Shown: positions 18,061 to 30,426, counted from the stretch's first letter. The stretch: 64,000 bases of DNA from Utricularia gibba (GCA_002189035.1 NEEC01000004.1:4588001-4652000), one strand, 5' to 3'. Made by a program: numbers and translations. Notes: generated by a model not told the origin, from the sequence alone.

Positions 18061-18597
18061 ATGGCTGGTAACGAGGAAGAGGAGGGAAAACAAGTAAGGA
18101 ACATCTCTCTGGGAAGTCAAACTTGTAGCTTCATCAATTGATTACAAATGAATGCAAAAAGTTACAGCAGGCTGTGGAGGTGGAGTTCAAAATCCCAATG
18201 CATTGCAATGCATGTGAACGAACTGTGGCCAAGGCCATCTACAGAATAAAAGGTGGATCCTTCCTTGTACTTGTCAAATTTTCACCGTTTCTATGTGACA
18301 GAACAAGCACAATTTGAAACAGGAGTGGATAAGTTCATCACAGACATGGCAAATGACAGAGTTGTGATAGAAGGTAATATTGATCCCGAGAAGGTTCTGA
18401 AGAAGCTGAAGAAGAAGACGGGGAAGAAAATCGAGCTTGTGGTAGAGAACAAGGACGATGCAGGAGAAGAAGAAGCATGCATGGGAGAAGAAAATGCAAA
18501 GCAAGATATTGATTCTTGGCTGGTTCAATGTTTTGGAGATAGTGAAGACCACCTGATGTTCAATGAAGAGAATGCAAATGCTTGTTCTGTAATGTGA
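18061..18597 (+). CDS. Heavy-metal-associated isoprenylated plant protein (HIPP), single HMA domain, 3 exons
   Basis: Exons 18061-18093, about 18171-18250 and 18323-18597. HMA motif PMHCNAC, Lys-rich LKKLKKKTGKK, C-terminal FNEENANACSVM ending in a CaaX box. Confidence 0.9.
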
Positions 18598-18796
18598 ATG
18601 ATTCACAGAAAGGGTAATCAGATTCCTCAAGAAAAGAAAACCATACGTATACAATACAGAAGAACCAGTGGACAGTTTCTAATTACGAACCTTCACGCAG
18701 CTAGCATCAGAGTTTAATACTACAACTGACTAGATTAACAATAAAAAAATGAGGATGAAGTTTTGTTCACATATATGCACCTTGAGAGGAAGCTGT

Positions 18797-21112
18797 CTAA
18801 CTCTGCCAACAAAGGTTTCTTCGACCTTCCTGCATGATATCGAAGGCAAGCTTGTATCTCTCCAAAGATGTCGCGCCTGCCTCAATATAGTTACGTGCTT
18901 CTTCTCTCAAACTCCATAGCATCAAAGCCTTGAAATCTTGCAACCCACCAGCGGAGTCAACATCTCTCAGTATGCCGTATTTTGCATTTTTACTCCACCG
19001 ATGTAAGATGTAGCGTGATGGGAGCTCCCTTATATTCATGATTTGGAACACCTTCAACGTGTGTCTACAAAGAATACCTTCAAACTCAAACATTTTACAA
19101 CTGCAACTGATGTTCAAGTTTGAAGCATTAAAGGCAACAGTATTCCTTTCATCCCCATTCCCACACTTCTGCACTAGATATCTGCTGATGGCACCTTCAA
19201 CGTTTATCTTTATCCCAGCATAGCTGTAGCACTCCAAGAGCTCCTTCTGGAAAACTTTGAACATGGTCATTGTGTAAAGCCTCCTACACTGTTCTTCAAT
19301 GGGATCTTTTGTGTGCAGGACTGCTTGCAAATTAAACGAATTAAAATCCTCCTTTCTTTCCTCTTCACGATGCTGTTCAAGAGCTTTTTCATAGCGGATG
19401 ATGAATTCATTTAGGGGTGTCTGTGGGGTCAGAATAGTGCCAAAGAAGGGCTTCAAGCTGCCGCCAATCGGGATTCCAGCAAAAAATGTTCCTCTAACAT
19501 GCAAGGGAACCCAACTTTTTCGCATTCTATACATCTCCTTGAACCAAGAATTTTCTCTCAGATTGTATTTGTTCATGAGCATGTTCCAAGAAGAATCAAA
19601 TTCACTGGGAGTCTGACTCTGGAAAACACAAGCATCGTATTCATATTTAAACTCGGGATTCATGGAGAATAATTGACCAAAGTTTTCCTGTTCCTTGACA
19701 AGAATTTGCCAGGAAGAGAATCGATGATGTGTTCCTGGAAAAACTTGAGAAATTGAGTTTTGAATAACTACATCCTGATCGGCTATGATTGAAACAGGGC
19801 GGCAGCAAGACATGGCCTTGGCCCAAGCCTGAAAGATCCATGTAAATGACTCCTCAGACTCATCAGCAACTAGAGCACAACCAAGAAGCACAGGTTTCCG
19901 GTGGTGGTTAACTCCCAGGAATGAAGCAAGTGGCACAGAATAACTACCCCTCCTGTAGGATGTATCGAACACAATGGCATCTCCAAACTGAGAGCAAGAG
20001 AACCTACACCTTGAATCGGCCCAGAAGACGTTCATGCCTTTACCATCACGCAGTTCGACAGCATAAAAGAATCCCATGTCTTCAACCTGCCGAGACTGAA
20101 AGTAATTAAGTAGCACGTCATACCAATCAACTCCGATGTTACTTTCTATAACCCGTTTCACAAGGCTGAGGGCTCCATTTGTTTCAACTAAATCCAAGTT
20201 TTCCACTGCACTACTCCCCTCCTCTTTTTGTGGCTTTGAGGCAACTGTTCTACTAGGATCCACTGCAGCTTCAAATTCATGATTGTGCCCCTTTTCAAGG
20301 CGATCAACTACCCATTTTCCTGACTCTTGTCTTTGTATTCGCATGTAAGCACCACAACCATTCCTAGAAGGGTGCTGATGACCTTCTTTGGAGCATACAA
20401 ATCTTCGAGATGTAATGGATCCATCATGCTTAGACCGGAATAATTGACCAATTCTAATTCGAAAGCCTATGCCTGCTGCATACGTGTGGTAGAATTTGTA
20501 TGCCTCGTTAGCAGTACTGAATTCGAGGCCTTTATAAGGCTCCCCTCTAACTACTGAAAGCCCATCTATGTCTTCCTTTTTGGGACGCTTATTCTCAATA
20601 TCCGATGCATTATCATCTTCATGTGACCTGATTCCAGTTCGACTAGCCCCACCTGCCGAAGACCTTGGAGTTCCAAAACTTTTTCTTTGTACCCTAGGTG
20701 GACAAACTTCTCCGGATGGTTCAAAATCATGATTATGTTCATTCTTTATATTGGCTAAAACCCACTTCCCTGTTTCAACCTTTTGCACTCTAATAAAAGC
20801 AGGGCAACCGGTTCTCGAGTTTGTCTGAAATCCCTCCTTTGAACACACAAATCTTCTTGAGATGACAGAACCATCTACTCTTGATCTATAAAGCTGCCCA
20901 ATCCTAATTTTGAACCCAACCTCTGTTGCATAAACACTATAAAATTCTTGTGCCTCCTCTGCTGAGTCAAACTCTAATCCCACATGTGGTTCCATCCTAG
21001 ACTGTGGATCGTCATCTGGATAGCCATTGCTCTTTGAAACACTCACTGCTTCTGCTGCTTTTTTCCTGAAGCTTCCAGCTACTTCCCTATTCATATCAGG
21101 GTCTGCATGCAT
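18797..21112 (-). CDS. FRS7/FRS12: FAR1-related sequence protein of the FRS7/FRS12 type (domesticated Mutator transposase); CDS intronless, one 5'UTR intron
   Basis: 771-aa ORF. Two tandem FAR1 DNA-binding repeats (EPHVGLEF...RRFVCSKEG...HNH and EPYKGLEF...RRFVCSKEG...HNH), MULE core FDTSY/ADQD, SWIM CSCKMFEFEGILCRH. Leader intron about 21409-21154 (GTAAG...TAG). Confidence 0.93.
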   Translation of the reverse strand: MHADPDMNREVAGSFRKKAAEAVSVSKSNGYPDDDPQSRMEPHVGLEFDSAEEAQEFYSVYATEVGFKIRIGQLYRSRVDGSVISRRFVCSKEGFQTNSRTGCPAFIRVQKVETGKWVLANIKNEHNHDFEPSGEVCPPRVQRKSFGTPRSSAGGASRTGIRSHEDDNASDIENKRPKKEDIDGLSVVRGEPYKGLEFSTANEAYKFYHTYAAGIGFRIRIGQLFRSKHDGSITSRRFVCSKEGHQHPSRNGCGAYMRIQRQESGKWVVDRLEKGHNHEFEAAVDPSRTVASKPQKEEGSSAVENLDLVETNGALSLVKRVIESNIGVDWYDVLLNYFQSRQVEDMGFFYAVELRDGKGMNVFWADSRCRFSCSQFGDAIVFDTSYRRGSYSVPLASFLGVNHHRKPVLLGCALVADESEESFTWIFQAWAKAMSCCRPVSIIADQDVVIQNSISQVFPGTHHRFSSWQILVKEQENFGQLFSMNPEFKYEYDACVFQSQTPSEFDSSWNMLMNKYNLRENSWFKEMYRMRKSWVPLHVRGTFFAGIPIGGSLKPFFGTILTPQTPLNEFIIRYEKALEQHREEERKEDFNSFNLQAVLHTKDPIEEQCRRLYTMTMFKVFQKELLECYSYAGIKINVEGAISRYLVQKCGNGDERNTVAFNASNLNISCSCKMFEFEGILCRHTLKVFQIMNIRELPSRYILHRWSKNAKYGILRDVDSAGGLQDFKALMLWSLREEARNYIEAGATSLERYKLAFDIMQEGRRNLCWQS

Positions 21113-24100
21113 CAGCAGTGATCCAAGAGAGATTGGGATTAGGCATTAACAGCCTAACCGCGTCTTATACCAAGAACATCATTCCACTAGAATCAAAACC
21201 CAACATTTCTATCATGTAGGTAAAGTAAAAAAAAATCCATTCTTTGAGTTGATAACCACATGTTTTAAGCAATAGACACAGTTCAATTCCAAGCGCCAAT
21301 CCCAAGGGAAAAACCCCGAGGCTCATTGCCAAATAAAAAGCATGAATATACAAAAGCGCTAACACTAAGTGGACTTTCACGAAAGCCAAAGTAGCTATTG
21401 AGGCTTACCTTTCGCATTTTGCCGATGCTGAACAAAGCTCACACAATTCAGGCAAATGGGGTCTCCGTATCTCCACAATAGGAGTCAGTGTTAGGTCCTC
21501 TGCACTAAATGCAAACTATCTCGCATTGCACATCCATATCGAGAGAAGCTCACGAAGCACCGAAACCCAAACACAACAAACCGGATGGGAATTGCAGAGC
21601 GAGCCCTAAGGTTACAAAATAATCAATTTCCTCATTTTCTTTCTGAGTTGGTCTTTTGTTTGCTTCTTTTGACGTTGGCGCAGAGTTCGAAAGAGAGATT
21701 GGTTTATACGCTGCTACGACGGTGCAGGATACTTACTGTGTACCCCCTCTTGATTGGTAAAATACCTCGGGTCGAAGTAGTAACATAACCGAAGTTCCTG
21801 GGTGAAAATGAGATCGGAAATAAACTTGCTGGTACAAATAGCATGTCACAGCCTCGCCGCCGGCTGCCGGCGGGACGGGTATGCCACTGCCGCCACGCGG
21901 GGGCTACAAAGTTAAGCTATTACGGCCAACCTTTTCACACCCAAATTGAAGCACATTCGTTTTTTGTTGTGTATTTGATTTGTCTGGTGGAATTGGGGGT
22001 TTATGCTTCCTGGAGAAGAAATTAGGTCGAATTACGAAATTCATGTTTAGTCATCACTCAGAGCTTAATTGGAAGCTGTCCGATGTCAGTTTTTTTCAAA
22101 ATGTATATGCACTTTATTTTCTTTGATGGGCAGTCGAAAGATATATGTTTTAGATGCCGTTTCTGCTCACTCGTCATACCTTTGGTTTCCTAAGGGCCAA
22201 AACGGCTGTAGTTTGTGATGTCATTTTGCAGAAGGGAGTGATCCTTACTTGACTTGCACCCACTTCTTGTCCCTATATCCAAAAACACTCCCATTGAATT
22301 TAGTTTGTTTTCCTCGGCTCTGCATTTCAAGCTTAGCAATGGCGTGAGCTCTCCATTCATGTTTTTGATATCCTTAGACATATCCAAGTACTTGAAGAAG
22401 GGTGCTTTAAAGCATTGATCTTGACAGCTCTAGTCTCTGGCATAGTTGAATGGTGCTTCAAGAAGCATACTCGAAGAATGATTTACCTTAGCTGGCTATT
22501 TAGCAGTTCTTTTTCTGCAAGTTCATTGCCCCAATATGCTTGCCATCTGCAGCCCTCCTAGTGCCAAGCACTTGCTGGTAAAGTGTTGCCTTCTCATGTA
22601 CCTTTTCCTCAAACAAAAACTCAAATCCGATTGCAGTTCCCATCCCCTTACCATATTTTTCCTCAAAGAAAAGCGCTTAACCTCCTGTATCACTTGATCT
22701 TCCCCTCCGTAGACTCTCAAGCAATGCGTATCGGATTCCTTTGATGATGATGATGGGGTAATGTGACAAGCAGCATATGCAAATCTTATTTTCATGAACT
22801 TGAACGTCGACACTCCCACCTGTTTTCTGCATCAACGGAATTTCACCATTCACGGTAATTGAATTCAAAATCAAAATGCAGTCTTTACTAGGGTTTCTGA
22901 ATCCTTGTTTCTCTGTGAATTGAGAAACGCAAACATTGACCTTATGACTAAGGCCATTGAATATTAAAATCAATCGGAGGTTAGACTCGATTTATATGAA
23001 CTTGTGAATTTTTAAATTAAATTTAATAATTTATATACAAAATTAAAATTTGTAAATTTTAAAATATTATTTTTATTTTTATACTATTTTATTTAAATTA
23101 AATCTATTCAACTGGTTAGTAAAATTCAATCTAAAATTATGAGTAAACCATAAAATGGATGAAATCCGATTTTAAACACATGGACTAAAGAACAGTTTTA
23201 TTTACATAATTTATTGAAATAATTTTTTTAATTTTTAAATATTCTATTTTTTTATATCTATTAAAATTTCAAGATTAATTTAAAAAAATTATTGATTTTT
23301 CTCATATCTCCTTAATAATTAAGTAAAAAAATTTGTTAAAAAAATTATACTATTTAGTTTTTATATTAAGATATTAAAATTATGAAATAACATTCTCATT
23401 CTTAAATATTCCTTTTACATTATTAAATTTCTTAAATATCTATTTTGCATAATTGAATTTTCTTGAATTATAAAATTTTAAAATATTGAATATCAGTCTC
23501 ATTATTGAATATTAAGATGAGATTGATGTTTAGTATTTCTAATGAAAATGATGATAAAAATGAAATGTAGTAGTAAATATTAACCTAAATGTTATAATTT
23601 TAGAAATATTAATACAATTTGGTATTTAATAATATTCTGTTTCAAATCCAACATTGTAAAATTATAAATTTAAATATTAATCTTATTTTAAATATTGAAT
23701 ATCGAATAACAAAATAACAGAAATTTTATATAATATTTAATATTCCATCGCATAAAGCTTGGGAAAAATTGAATGCTCTCCTAGAGGTAGTGATCGTGAT
23801 TAGGATATATAGGGCAGTGAAAAATGGAGAGAAGTGAGAACGAAGGGGAAAGCGGAGCAGCCTGATACAACTCTCCCTATTCATAATCTGACTACTTGGA
23901 TTGGTACATCGTTTGATTGGTATAAACTTGAATACGGTAGGATTCTTGATGGTTCGGGTGTGGCGATGATTGTTGTAAAAGCTATAAATTTAATCGCTTT
24001 CTTGTCTTTGATGTTTACGATAGCTATACGGATTCAGTTTCTGTGTTTTTGGGATGTGGGTTTTTCTCATTTGTTGCTATGTTGATCCTGCGATCGAGGA

Positions 24101-24436
24101 GTTGTGGATACCATGCTTGGGAATTTCTATTCTTGCACCCGGGTTGTGTTTCTTTACGGCCATTGCTTTTTTGCAATTTTCAATTCATGAAATTCGACTT
24201 CTGGTTCTCTAAGTTGTGGCCGCCACTGAGGTGGATGGTAGTCTCCCATTCTTTTATTAGCAGCTAAGCATGTGTTTAGTCGTGGCATGAATCCATGCTA
24301 GCTAGTTTGCTCTTGTGAAGGTGGGGTTTTCATTGCGCAGTTATCTTTGATTATCAGATTTTTGTATTAATCGTTTATCCAACTTTTGTTTGCTGATAAT
24401 CCATGAAGTTCACTGCTTTATCTGTGCAGGGTGAAA

Positions 24437-27386
24437 ATGGCATCGATTGTTGCCAAGGCCTGTGGCAGTAATTCCACACAAATTCCGGCTATGACTGTCC
24501 AAGAAAAGGTGAGTCGGAATAAGAGAAAGTTTCGGGCCGACCCACCATTGGATGATCCTATGAAGGCTACTCCTTCATCCGCAAATGAATGTTCCAGTTT
24601 GGAGTTCTCAGCTGAAAAATTTGAGAGTCATGGGCATTCAAATGGATGTGATATGTGCTATTTGTGTCAAGACAACTCTGACCTTTTGAAACTTGACCTT
24701 GGATTGTCCGGTGCTGTGACAACATCTGAAGTAGGCATGAGCCAGCCTCGGGATGATATGGATGCTTCAGCTGATAATTTTCATGATGCTGATTGGAGTG
24801 ACCTTACAGAATCTGAGCTAGAAGATATTGTTTTGAGCAATTTGGACACCATATTCAGGAGTGCAATCAAGAAAATAGTCGCTACTGGTTACAGTGAGGA
24901 GGTTGCCACTATGGCTATTCTGCGGCCTGGACTGTGGTATGGGTGTAAAGATACAGTGTCAAATTTAGCAGAGAATGCGTTGTCATTCCTTAGCAGTGGC
25001 AAAGAGATTGGACCTTCAGTGGACCATCCTTTTGAAGATTTGCAACAGATGGAGAAATATATCTTGGCAGAATTGGTTTGTCTTTTAAGGGAGGTCCGTC
25101 CCTTCTTCAGCACTGGTGATGCAATGTGGTGCTTGCTTATATGTGATATGAACATTTCTCATGCTTGTGCGATGAATGACGATTCTTTAGGCAGTTTTCT
25201 CAGTGACAGAACCCCTGATATGAGTGTTCCTGTTTCTGCTCCCCATTCTAAACCAGAGCTCAAGGGTTCTGAACTTGGTACTGCAGTTCCTTTTAGGACA
25301 AATGCTCATGCCCATAGTTTCCCGTCAGCAAATTCGAATTCGGGCTCAGTGCAAGGCGGGGATAACTTCCAGACTGAGGCACTTAAGACTGCAGGTGGTT
25401 CCAATTTGACGCTGAAAACTTCTTTTGATTTGAATGGCCAAGCTCATGAAAAAGAGTCCCAAAGTTTTTCACCAACTATTAATGAGAAAACCTTCAGTGT
25501 AGGAGGAATATGTCATGCAACAGGAGCTGATGAGAAGCATGTGAGCAGTAGAAAAATTTCCGGGATTGCCAGAAGAGATCACTTATTGCGCCAGAAATCA
25601 ATGCACCTTGAGAAGCATTGCCGCTCATATGGTTCTAAAAGCTGTTCGAGAAATGGCAGCAAATTTAGCACTTTTGGTGGCCTCATCTTCGATAAGAAGC
25701 TTAAAGGGGTTGGGGAGTCCACGGGGTTAAATTCTAGGAGTGCACCTTTCAGTACTAACAATGAAGTTGGGTCAGATTTGCCGCCTGAGAATGATGATCG
25801 TACTCTTTATGCGAGCAATGGATTATCTGCTGCTCCAAAATTTGATCTTGACAATAAAGAGCTCCTCTCTTCTTTGCATACGTCAAGCATCTCATCTAAT
25901 TCAAATTTGTTGCCTGCTAACACTGCTTCATCATTACCTGCCGCTGACACTGAGCTCTCTTTGTCATTCCCTGCCAAAAGCATCGATGAATCAATGCCTA
26001 CCCGTTACAATGTTGAGGTTCCTAATTTGGAGTTTTTCAGTTCCTCAGATGACAACTCTCTTACGCAGTGGCTTTCCATGGCAGAAAGGAGGAGGTAATC
26101 ATGAAACTAGTACCAAGAGCAAGAGCATTGCAAGATGAGTTCCAAGAATGGACGGACTGGGCAAATCAGAAGATCATGCAGGCCGCTCGAAGGCTGGCCA
26201 AGGACAAAGCGGAGCTGAAAACTCTTAGGCAAGAGAAAGAAGAAGTGGAGAGGTTGAAGAAAGAAAAGCTAACATTGGTGGAGAGCACCTCAAAAAAGCT
26301 TTCTGAGATGAAAAATGCTCTGGGCAAGGCCAGTGGGCAGGTGGAGCGAGCAACTGCTGCCGTACGAAGGCTTGAAGCTGAGAATATTTTATTGAGGAGA
26401 GAAATGGAAAATTCGAAGTTATACGCTGCAAAATCAGCTGCAAATTGTCATGAGGTGTCAGCGAGGGAGAAGAAGTATTTGATGGAAATTCAGTCATGGG
26501 AGAAGCAGAAGAAAATTCTCCAAGAGGAGCTTTCAGCTGAAAACAAGAAATTAATGCAGTTGCAGCATATCCTTATGCTAGCAAAAAGTTCTCTAACTCA
26601 AGTTGAGGTAAGCCATTATCTTGATCATAGATGGGAAATCTTGCTCCTCATTGATTGCTTATCTGAGCTGATCTGGGGATTAGTTTGCTATAGAAAGAAT
26701 GCATTACAGACAGTGAACTATATTGACACTGCCAGTGTTCTGCTTTTATATACTTACCATGTTTTCTAAAGCAAGAAGCTATGTGACTGAAAGGGGTCTC
26801 GAACTTAAATGCAGCACCGAATCACACTGCTGTGTTTTTGTTGCAGGGAAAATTGAATCAGGAGCAGAGAGCAAAGGATGATTTGCTGACAAAGGTTAGT
26901 CATGTTCAGAAAGAACGAGAACAAATAGAAGCATCAATCCGGTCCAAGGAAGAAGCTGTCAGATCAACAGCTGAAAGCAACCTACAGAAGTACAAAGAAG
27001 ACATTGAGAGACTTGAAAAAGAAATTTCTCTTCTCAGGTTGAGGACCGACTCATCAAAAATAGCTGAACTTCGAAGAGGTATAGATGGAAGTTATTCCCC
27101 GAAAGTCACCTACTCCAGGGAGCCTCCATCCATCAAAGATTCATCCTTTTCCAATCCTTCAAGGCCAGTCCCTAACATCTACTCCCAAGACATGTCCAGT
27201 GTCAAACGAGAAAGGGAATGCGTCATGTGCTTGTCAGAGGAGATGTCTGTTGTCTTTCTGCCTTGTGCTCATCAAGTGGTTTGCACCGTGTGCAATGAGC
27301 TCCACAAGAAGAAGGGAATGCAGTACTGCCCCTCGTGCCGAAGCCCAATCGAGAGACGCATTTGTGTACGTTATGCTGTCTCTTGA
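24437..27386 (+). CDS. RF298: RF298/RF4 (PIR2/MIP1 family)-like RING E3 ubiquitin ligase; apparent -1 frameshift at about 26073-26077
   Basis: QEKVSRNKRKFRADPPL, DWSDLTESELEDIVLSNL, GDAMWCLLICDMN, coiled coil EWTDWANQKIMQAARRL. Intron 26608-26846. C-terminal C3HC4 RING RERECVMCLSEEMSVVFLPCAHQVVC...CPSCR. Confidence 0.88.
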
Positions 27387-27551
27387 ATATTTTGCTCCAT
27401 ATGCAACTCAACAGTTTATTCAATAATGGTGTGTGAAGATGATGTGACAAAAAATGGCTTGTTTTGATCAGCAACAGTACATTAGATTAAGATACAATCT
27501 TGCACTATTAACATGCAACATCATGGACACATTACCCACGTATTCATGATC

Positions 27552-28150
27552 TTAGGCTGAAGGTGCTGCATCAGATTCCTCTGTGGAAGAATTATACCCT
27601 ATCCCATTCCTTGTTTTGGAAATATAACGAATATCGTCCCTGCAAGGGATCCGATCACCGGAGGCAGCGCCATGATCAGCGCCTCCTGCTTCGACAGAAG
27701 TGAAGGATAGAAACAGCCCATGAAGTTGGTATCCAAAAGGGCCACAACATCAAAAACCAACAAAGCAAAAAAGGCGTGCACAAAGTCTCCAACTCTGAGT
27801 TTATAAGCTGACAGGTCTTCTCCGGGGGAGTAGCTAGGCCACATCCCGTTCCTTGTTGCGATCCCGTATCGCTTGATCCCATTACTGTCGGTGTAACTAT
27901 CCGTGAAGCTGGAGAAGAAGCAGCAAAGCCCACAGAAGACGACCAGAAGAACTGAAAAGACCTTGCCCACCGTATCACACTTGCCGTTGTTGGTCAGCAG
28001 AGGGCTGAGAAACAGAAACAGGAAGACGGTTCCCGTCGGAAGCTGCTGGACGAGGCTCCCCAGAGACTCAAGACTCGCCTGAGTTGCCGTTTTGCTCTGG
28101 TTCTGGTTCTGGTTCAAAGGAAGCTTGTCATTGGAGTTTGATGACGACAT
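27552..28150 (-). CDS. DUF679 domain membrane protein (DMP1/DMP2-like), single exon; apparent -1 frameshift near the C-terminus
   Basis: LPTGTVFLF, LTNNGKC, FSSFTDSY, YGIATRNGMWP, YKLRVGDFVHAF, CFYPS, LPPVIG motifs. As given the ORF stops at 27599; adding one base restores FPKTRNGIGY and moves the stop to 27552. Confidence 0.9.
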
Positions 28151-28985
28151 CTTCCCACGTTTCTGCTGTCTCAAATGATAACAAATATTCTACCGCTAGA
28201 CGGTATTTATAAACAAAATATAATATAAAAAATACCACATATGTGTCATTTTAAAATAATTTAATTCCCCTTCTCAAAAAATTAAATATGAATATATCAT
28301 ACTAAAAATTAAAATTATATTTTTAATAACCAACGTATACTCATTTCCATTTAATATCTTATCAATTTAAAAAAATATATGACATTTTTTAGAAAATTTA
28401 ATCTTGGGCAAAACTTTGAATCTTTTTCGTAACATAAGGAACTTAGGTTAAAAATAAAAGTTAAGGGCACAAGTAACATATGGTGGACGTCATACTACAC
28501 ATCAAATTACTATTACCAATCCAGCACGTGCGTCAAATCTGTCTACGTGTTCTTGTTACCAGCACGTGCATACATTTAATTACTACATACGAAAGGTGTA
28601 ATGGAGACTTGAATCCACAAAAGCCTAAGCCCTAATTTAACAATTAAAAAAGGGCATGAGATGTCATAAGTTATAGTTTTTGTTCTTACGTGCACATAAT
28701 AATCACCAATTTTTAAAATTCATTTCCACGTATATAAATTAAAACATTCAGAAATTACTGTAATTACGAATTAATTCAACGATTTAATGAGTAAAAAATG
28801 ACATTATATAAGTAAAAGGAATAATATTAATTTAATTTAATACCACCATTTCCAAAAATTTGACAAGCTATTGTCATGATTTGAGATTTATAGTACATTT
28901 GTTGAGTAAATCTCACATTGGTAGAATCTAGATCCAAAGTTTTTATTCTTTTATTGATTCATTTAAATCAAATTTTAATCACTTA

Positions 28986-29225
28986 ATTAGTATTTGGTTG
29001 ATAATATTAATTGGATTTAAAAGTAAGATTACAAATTAGATTTAAATAATCTTGAGATTATATGAGTTTTTTTAAAAAATTATAATCCTTATTTTATTTA
29101 TTTAATATCAATTTTAATCTCATTAACTAAATAATATCTAAAAAAAACTAGTGTACCACATCAACTTTATTTAAACATGAGTAAATTAAATGTTTTTATC
29201 CTATTTACTTCAACCAAATACTCAC
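28986..29225. mobile_element. Candidate Tourist-like (PIF/Harbinger) MITE, 240 bp
   Basis: Perfect 13-bp inverted repeat AGTATTTGGTTGA (28989-29001) / TCAACCAAATACT (29210-29222). TTA flanks both ends (28983-85, 29226-28) and the interior is AT-rich and non-coding. Confidence 0.5.
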
Positions 29226-30426
29226 TTAGTATTAATTGTTAGTTCAAACACTTTAGGTCCAAATTATTCAAGTTTTTTTTTCTAACTTTTCTTTTAAAAA
29301 TTCAAAATATTGTATTTACTAGTAAAATATATAATTTTATTACTTCGATTTTTTATATGAAGTTTTGATCAAAATGTCGACTACGCAAGTTGCTTAACTT
29401 CATATGACTTAACAATATTTTATTGTGCAGGTGTTTTGACTCATGGGGTAAACGAAAACACATGAACCTTATCCAATTGGGTAGGTGTGTTTTTTGTATG
29501 TTATTAAAAGTCATGATTAATTTATCAAGTAAAACACACCTAAAAATTCCACTTTTTTAGAAGAGGGTATTTGATAGTTCGTCTAAAATTTTAGTTATAT
29601 GATTAAAATAAAATACAGTTTACGGATTTAAATTCAAAATATATTTCACAAATTCATTTTCATATTATAAATTGTAATATAGATATATTTTTTTAATAAA
29701 TATGTGTATTAGATTTAAAACTAATTAATTCAAAACTATCAACCAAACGTTCCTTAAAAGTTTCTAATTGTTCCCATTCTTCGTCAATATGATTTTTTGT
29801 TCGTATAATTTTTTTTATATTCTTCAAATGTTTCATCTCCCTCATGCTCAAATGTTAATATAAAATAAAAATTAATAAAAATTTATAAAAAAGATTCAAT
29901 CCATGATTAAATTGAAAAATAAATATTAATATTAAATAAAATAGATGTTATAAGGCTCGTAAATGGACATGCAACAGTGGCCCACAAGGCTGGATAAAGG
30001 CCCACGTGGGAAAATTTAAATTGGGCTTGACCCACTTAGAGCTAGCTGGGGCAATTTTCATCTTCGAGCTTTTTCACTGCAATTTGCTTCCTTGGACGTT
30101 GATCCATCCTTTTCCTTGTGTTTGAGAAGTTGGCAGCGCATGGGGTATTCCATGAATGCGGTTTCTGCTTTTTTTGTTCTTTGTTCTAATGGTTACTGCA
30201 TTTCCTTTCCAAATGTTCGGCACGGTATTGAAGTTTTGCAATATGGCAATTTTTGGGTGGTATTGAGAATCACTTCCGGGAACAGTAAGATGGTGAATCA
30301 CTTCCCTTATCAGGAGAATAGCGTGTTGAGAGGGATTTGTGGTTGGCGTTCATTTGCGAGGATTGTGAAAAACCCGGTCAAAAAAACAAGGAAAATATAT
30401 ATGGTTGGGGATGGAATGTAAGGTAG

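Noticed and set aside
18797-21112. Autonomous Mutator transposon
   Set aside because: No TIRs or TSD, the catalytic triad is incomplete, and the architecture matches host FRS7/12.
23000-23760. Very AT-rich tracts (also 1-230 and 32260-32950) as Helitron/MITE or repeat arrays
   Set aside because: Only low-complexity matches and short chance hairpins; no convincing termini.
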